Below, in pieces: positions 17,853 to 25,971 of a stretch of 58,981 bases of DNA. A program made the translations under genes and the position numbers. The DNA lies in the IMG/VR virus record IMGVR_UViG_3300034993_000115, positions 1 through 58,981 of that record; one strand, written 5' to 3'. The notes beneath the pieces were generated by a model that was given only the letters and a program-made list of their open reading frames with translations, was not told where the DNA came from and ran no database searches. The DNA is from a virus. Taxonomy: Duplodnaviria > Caudoviricetes. Every line of letters begins with the position of its first letter. The stretch's first letter is position 1.

Positions 17853-19109
17853 TTACGTATTGATCGTTACTCTCACGTTACCGGAACCCTGTCCCGGCGC
17901 CCCTAGTATACCGCAGAGGTACTGTGCACTGCCAGACAAAGAGTTGATGAACCCCGTCCCACGGGTACCGCTCGGCGGTACCCAGTGAGCACCAGTTAGG
18001 TTCTTTACCTGCCCCTCACCGTCACCCACCATCACGCCCGCCGTGGTAGGCCAGACGGCGACCTTCCCTGGCGCGAGGCGCAAATACGGTGAAAACTGAT
18101 CACTATCTGCCAAGACTGCCGTACCACGAGGCGGGAAGGAGGAGAGCCGCGAACGTACCTTGAAGCCACCGCTCTGATGCGCGTCGCTCCCGAAGAGCAT
18201 CATTGTACCCTTCGTCGTCCCGACCCAGAGTCCATTCTCCACTGGGAGCAGCATCGTCAGCTCACCGGGCAGCAAGGTGAGCCCGAGGTCGGCAGACACC
18301 AGCTCGTAGCGCCACGGCTCAGTGTGGTACAACTGCGACCCTTCCCCGAGATAAAGGCGCCCTCCGAAGAAAGCCAGGAGTCGCGACGGCGGCGGCGGTT
18401 GTAAGTGAAGCGTTGAGCAAGGAACACCCACACCCAGGAGCAACCGATTCGAGATGGTAGTGCCGCCGGGCTGGTTCGGCACCGTACCATAGCGATAGAG
18501 TACCTTGCCGTTCGCGGTAGAGCAGTAGACGCGGATACCCTGGCAGTCATCATCCTCCGAGGATGCCATGAACACCGTCAGCCCGCCCTGATTGACTTTT
18601 AGCTGCCGCTCCGGCGAGGCGCCGCTCTCCTGCCCGTCGTTTCGCAGGTAGGCCAACGCCACTTGGTACGTTCCCGCCGGAAGGTTCCCCGCCGCCGCGA
18701 CCAGCAACGGCGCCGCAGGCGCTGCGGAGCCCCAACTACGCACCCGGCCATCTTGGTAGACGCCGTTAGTTACCGCGTCAGAAAAGTAGAGGCAATCATT
18801 CAAGGCGTACCAGGTCAGCTCCTCACCCACAGCAAACCCGCCACGCAGCGTCTCCACGGAGCCGGTGTTCGTGTCGTAGCGCTTGAGGTCTGCGCCCTCG
18901 CGGAAGAGGAGGTGCGCCCCATCCGTCGCGACTGAGTGACAGACGCCAGCATGAACCAACTCGCTCCCCGCGCGCCCGTGCAGCACGCCAGCGTCGTCAC
19001 AGTCCACGTTCAAGGCGCGCTGTAGATCACCCTTACGCGCCGTCTCCGGACGCGAGACGTTATTCACCCCGGTGAACTTAGTGATCTTGAACGTGAGCTC
19101 AGTAGCCAT
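17853..19109 (-). CDS. Tail tubular/nozzle-like (stabilization) protein
   Basis: N-terminal FTGVNN..ALNVD..G.L.GRAG motif, beta-propeller-like sequence, follows the adaptor gene. Confidence 0.65.
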   Translation of the reverse strand: MATELTFKITKFTGVNNVSRPETARKGDLQRALNVDCDDAGVLHGRAGSELVHAGVCHSVATDGAHLLFREGADLKRYDTNTGSVETLRGGFAVGEELTWYALNDCLYFSDAVTNGVYQDGRVRSWGSAAPAAPLLVAAAGNLPAGTYQVALAYLRNDGQESGASPERQLKVNQGGLTVFMASSEDDDCQGIRVYCSTANGKVLYRYGTVPNQPGGTTISNRLLLGVGVPCSTLHLQPPPPSRLLAFFGGRLYLGEGSQLYHTEPWRYELVSADLGLTLLPGELTMLLPVENGLWVGTTKGTMMLFGSDAHQSGGFKVRSRLSSFPPRGTAVLADSDQFSPYLRLAPGKVAVWPTTAGVMVGDGEGQVKNLTGAHWVPPSGTRGTGFINSLSGSAQYLCGILGAPGQGSGNVRVTINT

Positions 19110-19798
19110 TAGATCATCCCAGGGTGCGGCGCGGAGAGGTATATCTCACCCCGGCGACGCTCCTCGGCGCGCTTGACGCTCTCCACGACGCCACGCCACC
19201 TGGCCTCGTGGAGCACCGCCTTACGAAGATCGAGGGTGTCGGAATCGTCTTTGGTGTACGCCCGAGCCAGGATGCCGTCATAGAGCTGGTCGTGGTACCG
19301 GCTCGGGATCTCCGGTGAGTTGTTCGCGTCCAAGGCCCAGGTGGGGTCGACGAGCGGGAGACGGGCCACGGTGAGCCAAAGTACGTCTGCCAGCTCAGTC
19401 GCTGGCCAGAGCCGCAACCGGTTCGTCCCCACCCCGTCGGTCAGGTACTCTGATGGCCGCCCCGCGGTAGTACTCTCCCAGCCCGGGTGCGTCGCGTCCA
19501 TCGCGGCGACGTTCACCTGATGCACGAGCGGGCCGGTCTGGCTCGCCAGCTTGGCGCGCTGCACCCTCGTGATCCGCTCGGAGAGCGTCACGGTCGAGGC
19601 GCCGGCCAGGAGAGTGAACTTCACAATAGCTTCGGTCGTCGCGTCCTCGATCAGTGGCACCTCACGGCAGAGTTCGTTCACTGTACCGTTGGCACAACCC
19701 ATGAGGTCGTCGTTGCTCCAGAGAAAGTCGCCCGAGGTCGTCGCCAAGACGTCCTCGAGACGCCCACGAACTACTGCCACGATCTGAGCCCAAGTCAT
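19109..19798 (-). CDS. Head-tail adaptor / tail tubular protein A-like
   Basis: MTWAQIV..R..L.D..FLWSNDDL..N; GRPSEY..LRLWP; PEIPSRYH..AY.KDD motifs. Confidence 0.7.
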   Translation of the reverse strand: MTWAQIVAVVRGRLEDVLATTSGDFLWSNDDLMGCANGTVNELCREVPLIEDATTEAIVKFTLLAGASTVTLSERITRVQRAKLASQTGPLVHQVNVAAMDATHPGWESTTAGRPSEYLTDGVGTNRLRLWPATELADVLWLTVARLPLVDPTWALDANNSPEIPSRYHDQLYDGILARAYTKDDSDTLDLRKAVLHEARWRGVVESVKRAEERRRGEIYLSAPHPGMI

Positions 19799-19862
19799 CT
19801 ATTTCCTCCTAGGCGTTAAGACGCGCACGACCTATACTAAAGAGAGAAGAGGAGGAGCCGCC

Positions 19863-20240
19863 ATGCGTGCCCGATTCGCCGTCGCAGCCCTTGCACTCAC
19901 TCTCGTCGCTTGCGCCCCCGTCGTCCCGGATGGCTTCACCGTCTTCAGCGCCACGCCGTACGATGCCGCTGCCATCGAGTCCGCCTGGACGGACGCCCGT
20001 GACTGCCTGCGGATGGACGGCAAGCGCCCGTGGGTCACCATCAAGGCCATGCCGATAGACCCGCGCAACCCCAGCGTGACCGGCCTGCACGAGTCCGGGC
20101 GCGTGCTGGTCGAGCCGTCGCTGTACTCCCTGCGGCACGAGTTCGTCCACGAACTGCTCGCACAGAACACCGAGAGCGCGGGGCGCGAGGACTACGAGTC
20201 CCGCGACCCGTTGGGGTGCTTCCGGGTGAGCTGGCGCTAG
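19863..20240 (+). CDS. Lipoprotein with zincin HExxH motif (moron-like, opposite strand)
   Basis: Lipobox LVAC after a hydrophobic signal; LRHEFVHELL; SD GGAGGAG and a TATACT -10-like box at 19833-19838. Confidence 0.7.
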   Translation: MRARFAVAALALTLVACAPVVPDGFTVFSATPYDAAAIESAWTDARDCLRMDGKRPWVTIKAMPIDPRNPSVTGLHESGRVLVEPSLYSLRHEFVHELLAQNTESAGREDYESRDPLGCFRVSWR

Positions 20241-20242
20241 GG

Positions 20243-21136
20243 TCACGGCTTGACCAGCTCCACGTCCACGCTTTCCAGCGTGATATTCGAGTAACGGCTG
20301 ATCGTCGGCTGCGTGCCGGCTTCGGTGCCGACACAGTCACACGCGTAGGTGATCGTATTCGCGTCGGGGCGCGTGATGATCACCGTGTTGGCCGCGTTGG
20401 GCGTGCCGCTGGTCGGACAGTTGCCGCCCGTGGCGACGTTGATGTATTCGCCAGCACTGTAGCCGTGCGTGGCCTTCGTCGCGGTGCAGACGCCACCCGC
20501 GCCCACGAGGGCGGTGGTCTGCTGGCTGGTTTCAAGGCCGGTAGAGCCGGTGAAGACTAAAGTTTGCTCTGTAGCTGTGTTGAGAGCCGCAAGGGCATAC
20601 ACCCCCGCCGTGGAACTACTGCCAAACGACGTTACGAACAAAGCCCCGAGAATTTGGGAATTAGCTGCATTGCGGTTAATGATCGTCCCTTGAGATTTTG
20701 TGAATATCGCAGTGGTGGGGCTTGCACTCATTGCAATCGTGCCCGAGACGCCGCCCCACCTTGCTCGCATCGTCTTCGTGTTGCTGCCGCCTCCCGTATG
20801 GTTCCAAATCACATTCACGATCAGCCGCCCATTCGGCCCCATGTCGCCAGCGCCGATAGTGCAGGTAAAGAGAACAGTCTCGGCAGTCGGCGCGGCGACC
20901 CATCCGGTAGCGGCGTAGATCGAGAGCGCGGTGTGGTTGTAGCAGTAGAGATGGCCAGGAATGTTGCCAGTCAGTTGCCCGCCGCTGAGCGTACTGCCCC
21001 CGGCGGGGACGGTGACGGCGGGGGCGAGGTCATGCGCCAGGCCGTCGCCCATCATGATTATCTTGGTGTCAGCCCGCGCCGTGGCGGCGAGGAGCAGGGC
21101 CAGGAAGAGCGGGGCGAGGAAGCGCGGCGTCTTCAT
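20243..21136 (-). CDS. Signal-peptide-bearing beta-rich (fiber/adhesin-like) protein
   Basis: MKTPRFLAPLFLALLLAATARA|D; Thr/Gly/Ala-rich, several Cys. Confidence 0.6.
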   Translation of the reverse strand: MKTPRFLAPLFLALLLAATARADTKIIMMGDGLAHDLAPAVTVPAGGSTLSGGQLTGNIPGHLYCYNHTALSIYAATGWVAAPTAETVLFTCTIGAGDMGPNGRLIVNVIWNHTGGGSNTKTMRARWGGVSGTIAMSASPTTAIFTKSQGTIINRNAANSQILGALFVTSFGSSSTAGVYALAALNTATEQTLVFTGSTGLETSQQTTALVGAGGVCTATKATHGYSAGEYINVATGGNCPTSGTPNAANTVIITRPDANTITYACDCVGTEAGTQPTISRYSNITLESVDVELVKP

Positions 21137-21138
21137 GG

Positions 21139-21567
21139 CTACCTCAGCACCGTGATGTCAAGGACCACCACGGCGGAGTTGACGGCGTTGCCCGTGGCGG
21201 TAATCGTCACCGGCCCGCGCACGTAGGGCTGCGGGAAAAGGATGTGCTCGGTGGCGGTGGCAGAGCGGTTGGTCAGATACCCACCCATCACGTCCATCCC
21301 GTCGCCCACCAGCGTCAGGTCCCAGAGCGCCGTGGGAGCCGTGGAGCCTGGGCTGGTCTTGACCTTGATGATCCAGCCGTCGATTGGCATGGAGGCCGTG
21401 GCGGGGAAGGTCGCGGCAGCAGCGTCCGCGGTGAGGGTGTAGGTGTAAATCTTCACGGACTGCCCCATCACAGAGTCCGTGGTAGTGAGAACGACGGTCC
21501 CGGCCGCGCGCGCCAGGACCGGAGCGAGGAGCGCCAAGAGCAAAGCCAGGACCGTCTTCTTCATCAA
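21139..21567 (-). CDS. Signal-peptide-bearing beta-sandwich structural protein
   Basis: MMKKTVLALLLALLAPVLARA|A; TSPGSTAPTALWDLTL..DVMGG.L.NRS motif. Confidence 0.6.
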   Translation of the reverse strand: MMKKTVLALLLALLAPVLARAAGTVVLTTTDSVMGQSVKIYTYTLTADAAAATFPATASMPIDGWIIKVKTSPGSTAPTALWDLTLVGDGMDVMGGYLTNRSATATEHILFPQPYVRGPVTITATGNAVNSAVVVLDITVLR

Positions 21568-21568
21568 C

Positions 21569-22087
21569 CTACTCCTCGTCGTTAGCGGTCGGGTTCTTGA
21601 ACGCCTCCCACAGCGGAAGGACCTCTACGGCGGTCAGGTCGTGGAAACCCGTGAGCGCGCGCATCGTGTTCACGTTCGGAGTGCCGTCATTCTTGAGCCC
21701 ATCCTCGGGCAGGCTCTCGAAAGCCATCTTGATCTGGATCTCACGCATCGCGGTGGTGTCCGCCTCCGCTGCAGGTGAAAGATCAGCGATCACTTCCAGC
21801 GCAGGCAGAGCAGGCGGGGCGGGCGCCTGGACCATCACCATGACGGGCGGCGCCGGTGCGACCGGCTGACTCTTGGCCATCGGCAGCCCGAGCGGCGGCA
21901 GAATGTGGACCGGGAAGCCGCGGTCGTCCAGGAGCTGCATCCACTCGTGGGGTCGCGCGGCGAGCGGCTCGTTGAAGGCGATGATGTTCGACCGGCGCAC
22001 GTAGTCCGGCTGCTGGCCCCTGCGTACGAGGTACGTGCAGGGCTTGACGGGAATGGGAGCTTCGGGCAGCGCATCCAGGACACTCAT
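21569..22087 (-). CDS. Hypothetical protein with a small C-terminal helical domain (KNDGTPNVNTM..LTG)
   Basis: SD GGAGGAG; coupled to the next gene. Confidence 0.55.
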   Translation of the reverse strand: MSVLDALPEAPIPVKPCTYLVRRGQQPDYVRRSNIIAFNEPLAARPHEWMQLLDDRGFPVHILPPLGLPMAKSQPVAPAPPVMVMVQAPAPPALPALEVIADLSPAAEADTTAMREIQIKMAFESLPEDGLKNDGTPNVNTMRALTGFHDLTAVEVLPLWEAFKNPTANDEE

Positions 22088-22105
22088 TTGTTCTCTCCTC
22101 CATGC

Positions 22106-22132
22106 GGCCCCGGGGCTTTCGACCCCGGGGCT
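22106..22132. terminator. GC-rich hairpin after the head-decoration gene
   Basis: GGCCCCGGGG-7 nt-CCCCGGGGCT inverted repeat; U-tail is weak. Confidence 0.45.
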
Positions 22133-22143
22133 CGCTCTTGGGT

Positions 22144-23136
22144 TTACAGCGCGCGGAGTAGGAAGTAGTCGAACTCGTGGGTGCCGGCCACGTCCGGGTC
22201 AGCCGAGCTGGTGATGGTGAGCGTGCCGGCCGCCGTGACCTTCCGGGTCACGAGGACATCCGTGTCGTTCGTTTTCGAGATGCCGGCGAACGGGATGTCG
22301 GTCGTCAGGGCGCCCGCCACCACGACGGCCATGGCGGCACTGTCCGCGGTCAGGCAGACGTAGGTGCCGCCAGCCACAACGTAGTGACTCGGCGTGAAGG
22401 AACCAGCGGCGCGAAGCACAACGTAGGAGACGACGTGGTCCGTGGCCGGGTCACCGGAGAACTCGAGCGTGATCGCTCCGGCAGCGGCAATCGCTTCATC
22501 CAGGGTGACCGGACTGGCGCCCTTGGTCTGCATCTGCACCAAAACCACATCCGATGCCTTGACCCCGGCCACCGTGATCGACTCGGCCGCGTCCCCGCCG
22601 GCAGTGGTGAACGTCCCTGCGGCGAAGACCTCGTAGTTCGCCGGACCGCCGGCCCGAAGAGCGATGCACGAAAGGCTGTGCGCCGCCAGCGGATCGGTGA
22701 TCGTAGCGCCGATGTAGTCGGCGATGACGTTGACCAGCACGGGCTGGTCGCTGTCGTCCGACGTTGCGTACTCAGCCAGGGCAAGGTCGGAATCGACCAG
22801 CGGCTCCCTGGGGCGGCCTACGAAAGCAGTGACGCCGGTCGAGCACGCAATGACCTGGGCCGCGACGAAGCCGTACTCCGCGACTGGGAGTTGCGGCGTG
22901 ACGCGCCGGAACGCGCAGGAGGCTGCGGTCCCGACGTTGACGTAGGGGCCAGCATGCGCCCCGGTCTTATTGAACACACACCCGACGGCGTACCCGGCGA
23001 CCGCGCTGGGTACGGAAGCCCCGCGACAGTTCGTCTTGTACCCCGTCTGGTCCTTGGTCAGAGTGACCTCACCAGCGGAGTTGGTGACGCCAATATGGTT
23101 GATCACTCCGTAGTCCGAGGTTTCGAGAAGGCTCAT
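22144..23136 (-). CDS. Head decoration/fiber protein with three tandem ~80-aa beta repeats
   Basis: Three units each ending DP...H...LRA; follows the capsid genes. Confidence 0.6.
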   Translation of the reverse strand: MSLLETSDYGVINHIGVTNSAGEVTLTKDQTGYKTNCRGASVPSAVAGYAVGCVFNKTGAHAGPYVNVGTAASCAFRRVTPQLPVAEYGFVAAQVIACSTGVTAFVGRPREPLVDSDLALAEYATSDDSDQPVLVNVIADYIGATITDPLAAHSLSCIALRAGGPANYEVFAAGTFTTAGGDAAESITVAGVKASDVVLVQMQTKGASPVTLDEAIAAAGAITLEFSGDPATDHVVSYVVLRAAGSFTPSHYVVAGGTYVCLTADSAAMAVVVAGALTTDIPFAGISKTNDTDVLVTRKVTAAGTLTITSSADPDVAGTHEFDYFLLRAL

Positions 23137-23148
23137 GTCAGCCCCTCC

Positions 23149-23580
23149 CTAGGCAATGCTGTTGGTGACGAACAGCGCCTGCACGTCAAAGACGAGGTCC
23201 GTGGTACACGGACCAGCCGTGACCGTGAAGGTGCCATCGATGGTGTTGTCGGCATTCTCGACTGCAGCCGGCGTCATGAGTGCGCCGTTGCCGAAGAACT
23301 CCGTGCCGACGGTGCCGTCAGAGCCGAGTCCGGTGCCGACGTCGGTGGCCATCCCGTTCGGGTCATTGTCCGGGCCGAACTCGGCGGCGGCGACGACCTT
23401 GTTGGGCTTCGAAACCAGCTTCACCACGAAGCCGACGCAGCTCTCTCCCTTGAGGACCGGGATCAGCGGAATGACGTCGCCCGTGGTGAGGTTCGAGATC
23501 GTGCAGCGCTTGGACCGGGAGACGAGTCCCGTGTTCTTGAAGGCGCCGGCATAGAGCGTACCAGCAATCGATCCAGCCAT
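23149..23580 (-). CDS. Minor capsid/cement protein
   Basis: 143-aa beta-rich ORF immediately after the major capsid gene. Confidence 0.6.
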   Translation of the reverse strand: MAGSIAGTLYAGAFKNTGLVSRSKRCTISNLTTGDVIPLIPVLKGESCVGFVVKLVSKPNKVVAAAEFGPDNDPNGMATDVGTGLGSDGTVGTEFFGNGALMTPAAVENADNTIDGTFTVTAGPCTTDLVFDVQALFVTNSIA

Positions 23581-23613
23581 GTCAGGTGTTCCCCTTTCTC
23601 TGCCTAGTGCTAC

Positions 23614-24567
23614 TTAGGCGTTCTTGTAGGCGTAGCCGTAACCCACGCCGTCGCCGTTGATGCAGCCCCAGTCGTAGACCGTCAGGGCCTGCACGGTCTG
23701 ACCGAAGTCCTTGATCGTCGGGACCGTCTCCATGGCGGAGAGCTGCGCGGCGAAGGTGCTGACCGACTGATGCCCGAAGGTGATCGGCACGCAGTCGTGC
23801 CCGGTATCGGAGATGGAGGTGTACAGGTCCGTGACGATGAGCTGGAAGTTCGCCATGACCTTGGGGATCGCGCCTGAGATGACCGTGCTCTGCCCGAGCC
23901 CGGAGAACGACGCGTTCTTGAGGTCCGAGATGCCCAGCAGGTAGGCGTACCAGCTCGGGATGATGCAGTACAGGCCGGCGTCCTGCGGCATGCGCGCCTC
24001 GATGGAGACGGCGTTCAGCATCATGAGGTAGACCAGCGCGTTGGTCTGGTCGATGGCCACCGGCGCGCCCGTGACACCGATGTTGTAGCCGCCGGACTTC
24101 TTCCCGGCGTTCGCGCCGTGGTTGCAGCTCGCCGCGTTGGCGTAGAACTCCCCGAGCCACTCGGTCTCAATGTCGATCTTGGACTGGATCGCGCCCTCGT
24201 CGTTGATCGTGCTCAGGTAGTCCATGTCGGACTGGGCCTGGTCGACCTTGTTGATCGGAACGCGCCAGCCGAGCCCACGCTCGATCGGCAGCTCGACCAC
24301 GCCAGAGCCAGAGGTCACCAGGCTATTCTTGGTCGAGATGTCCATGCCCTTGGTGTACTTGAAGGTCTGGATCGCCGGCTTGACGCGAACCTTGACCTTG
24401 TCGCCCATCTTGCGGAGCGACCCCTCATAGTTCGTGTTCGTGACCCGCGGCAGGAACGACACGGGGTAGAACTTCGTGGCCCAGTTCGGAGCCCAGACTT
24501 CGGGGATCCACTGAATGGCCCCAGAGGAGCTGAGGTCAACCTGGCCGGGTGCGACGGGGAAACCCAT
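23614..24567 (-). CDS. Major capsid protein
   Basis: WIPEVWA..TNTNYEG...GDKVKVR motif, strongly biased codon usage, follows the scaffold gene. Confidence 0.85.
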   Translation of the reverse strand: MGFPVAPGQVDLSSSGAIQWIPEVWAPNWATKFYPVSFLPRVTNTNYEGSLRKMGDKVKVRVKPAIQTFKYTKGMDISTKNSLVTSGSGVVELPIERGLGWRVPINKVDQAQSDMDYLSTINDEGAIQSKIDIETEWLGEFYANAASCNHGANAGKKSGGYNIGVTGAPVAIDQTNALVYLMMLNAVSIEARMPQDAGLYCIIPSWYAYLLGISDLKNASFSGLGQSTVISGAIPKVMANFQLIVTDLYTSISDTGHDCVPITFGHQSVSTFAAQLSAMETVPTIKDFGQTVQALTVYDWGCINGDGVGYGYAYKNA

Positions 24568-24582
24568 TTCTTATTCTCCTTG

Positions 24583-25605
24583 TTATCCTTCGACGACGCG
24601 TCCCTCGCGGCGGGCCGTCTCCAGCCGCTCGCGCTCGACGTTCATCGCCTTTTGTTTTACAACATGATCCTCCGGCGTCGCGCCGGTGAACTTCCCGGCC
24701 CGGACGTCGGCGGCGAACCGCGTGAACTCACTGGTCTTCACCTTCACCGGCCCCTCGTCTTCCTTGATGACTGCTGCGGCAGCAGCCGTCGCGGGAGGCG
24801 CGGCGAACTTCTTCTTGTCCAGGCCCGGCTTGACCGGAGCGGCGGGAGCCTGGTCGAACGCGATGAAGATCGCCGCCAGGCGGTGCGGGTCACCGTTCGC
24901 GATGTGCCGCTTCGCGATCTCGCGCCTCGTCTGCCCGGTGTGGCCTTCCTCACTGTCCAGGAACTCCCCGAACTTCGGGTCTGCGTTCTTGGCCTCATAG
25001 TCCGGCACCAACCCCTGGAGCGTAGTGTAGAACTCACTCTGCGCTGTGGTGGCAATGGTCTTCGTGACTCGCTCCACTCCTTCGCGTACCGGCTCCAGGT
25101 CCTTCGTGACGACAAACCCCTCCGCCCGCAGCATGGCCACGAGGTCGGCGGTGTTCTGCGCACCGAAGGATTCCAGCAGCCGGCCCTTGGCCTCGCCATC
25201 CGGCGCGGCGATTGGTGTCGCGACGAGCGGGGGAGCCGTAGCCAACTTGGTCTCGAGACTCTGGACGTGCTCGCGCAGCGCGGCGAGTTCGCTGCGAAGA
25301 GTGCCCGCCTCGCGCTCAGCGCGGCGATGCATCCCTTCGAGCACTTTATAGCGCTGCTCCTTGGACATTTCATCGGTCGCTCCCTCGGAGAAGGTAGCGG
25401 GCTCCTTGGCCTTTTCACCGGCAGGCAGTTCCAGCTCCTTGCCCTCTCCCTCGGGAGTCTTCGCGGCCTCAGTGGCGGCAATCTCCTCGGCGGTGGGCTC
25501 GGGCTTGGTTTCCTCCGGAGGCTTTTCGGCAATCAACTTAGCCGCGGCCTCCTGCTGCTGTCGGACGATGGGCGGAACCTGATTCAGGTCAACTTCTGTT
25601 GCCAT
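24583..25605 (-). CDS. Capsid scaffolding protein
   Basis: Acidic/Pro-rich N-terminus, EQRYKVLEGM coiled coil, VPDYEA.N.DP.F.EFL, C-terminal AR.EGRV. Confidence 0.8.
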   Translation of the reverse strand: MATEVDLNQVPPIVRQQQEAAAKLIAEKPPEETKPEPTAEEIAATEAAKTPEGEGKELELPAGEKAKEPATFSEGATDEMSKEQRYKVLEGMHRRAEREAGTLRSELAALREHVQSLETKLATAPPLVATPIAAPDGEAKGRLLESFGAQNTADLVAMLRAEGFVVTKDLEPVREGVERVTKTIATTAQSEFYTTLQGLVPDYEAKNADPKFGEFLDSEEGHTGQTRREIAKRHIANGDPHRLAAIFIAFDQAPAAPVKPGLDKKKFAAPPATAAAAAVIKEDEGPVKVKTSEFTRFAADVRAGKFTGATPEDHVVKQKAMNVERERLETARREGRVVEG

Positions 25606-25695
25606 TACTGCTCCTCTCGCGATCCGCGCCAGGCGGTCTTCGCAGTGGGGCCGATCCTCGGCGGGGTCTTCGGCCCGTTGACGGAAAGGGCGCGG

Positions 25696-25971
25696 TTATC
25701 CCTCATGGGATTCTACCCCGCCGGTAAAGGCTCTCAGGTACTCCTCGCGCTGGTGCCAGGCTCGCAGCAGTTCAGACAGCTCTTGCGTGCGCCCCTGCGC
25801 CCAGCGCGATTCGACGTCGCCTTGGAGGTACGAGCCCCACAGCGCCAGGCCGGTGGCTCGCTGCTCCAGATACTTCATCAAGTCCTGGAAGGCGCGGTTG
25901 CTCTCAAGCGCCACTAGGAGAAACATCAGCTCCTTGGTCTTCTCGACGCCGAGCGGCTTAGGGGTGCTCAT
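25696..25971 (-). CDS. Small conserved head-module protein
   Basis: 91 aa between portal and scaffold, with an RWAQGR motif; overlaps the portal stop. Confidence 0.6.
   Translation of the reverse strand: MSTPKPLGVEKTKELMFLLVALESNRAFQDLMKYLEQRATGLALWGSYLQGDVESRWAQGRTQELSELLRAWHQREEYLRAFTGGVESHEG

Noticed and set aside
22177-25917. Long plus-strand ORFs (476 aa, 599 aa) opposite the capsid genes, and similar antisense ORFs elsewhere
   Set aside because: Shadow ORFs caused by high GC3 in the real genes; no motifs or SD
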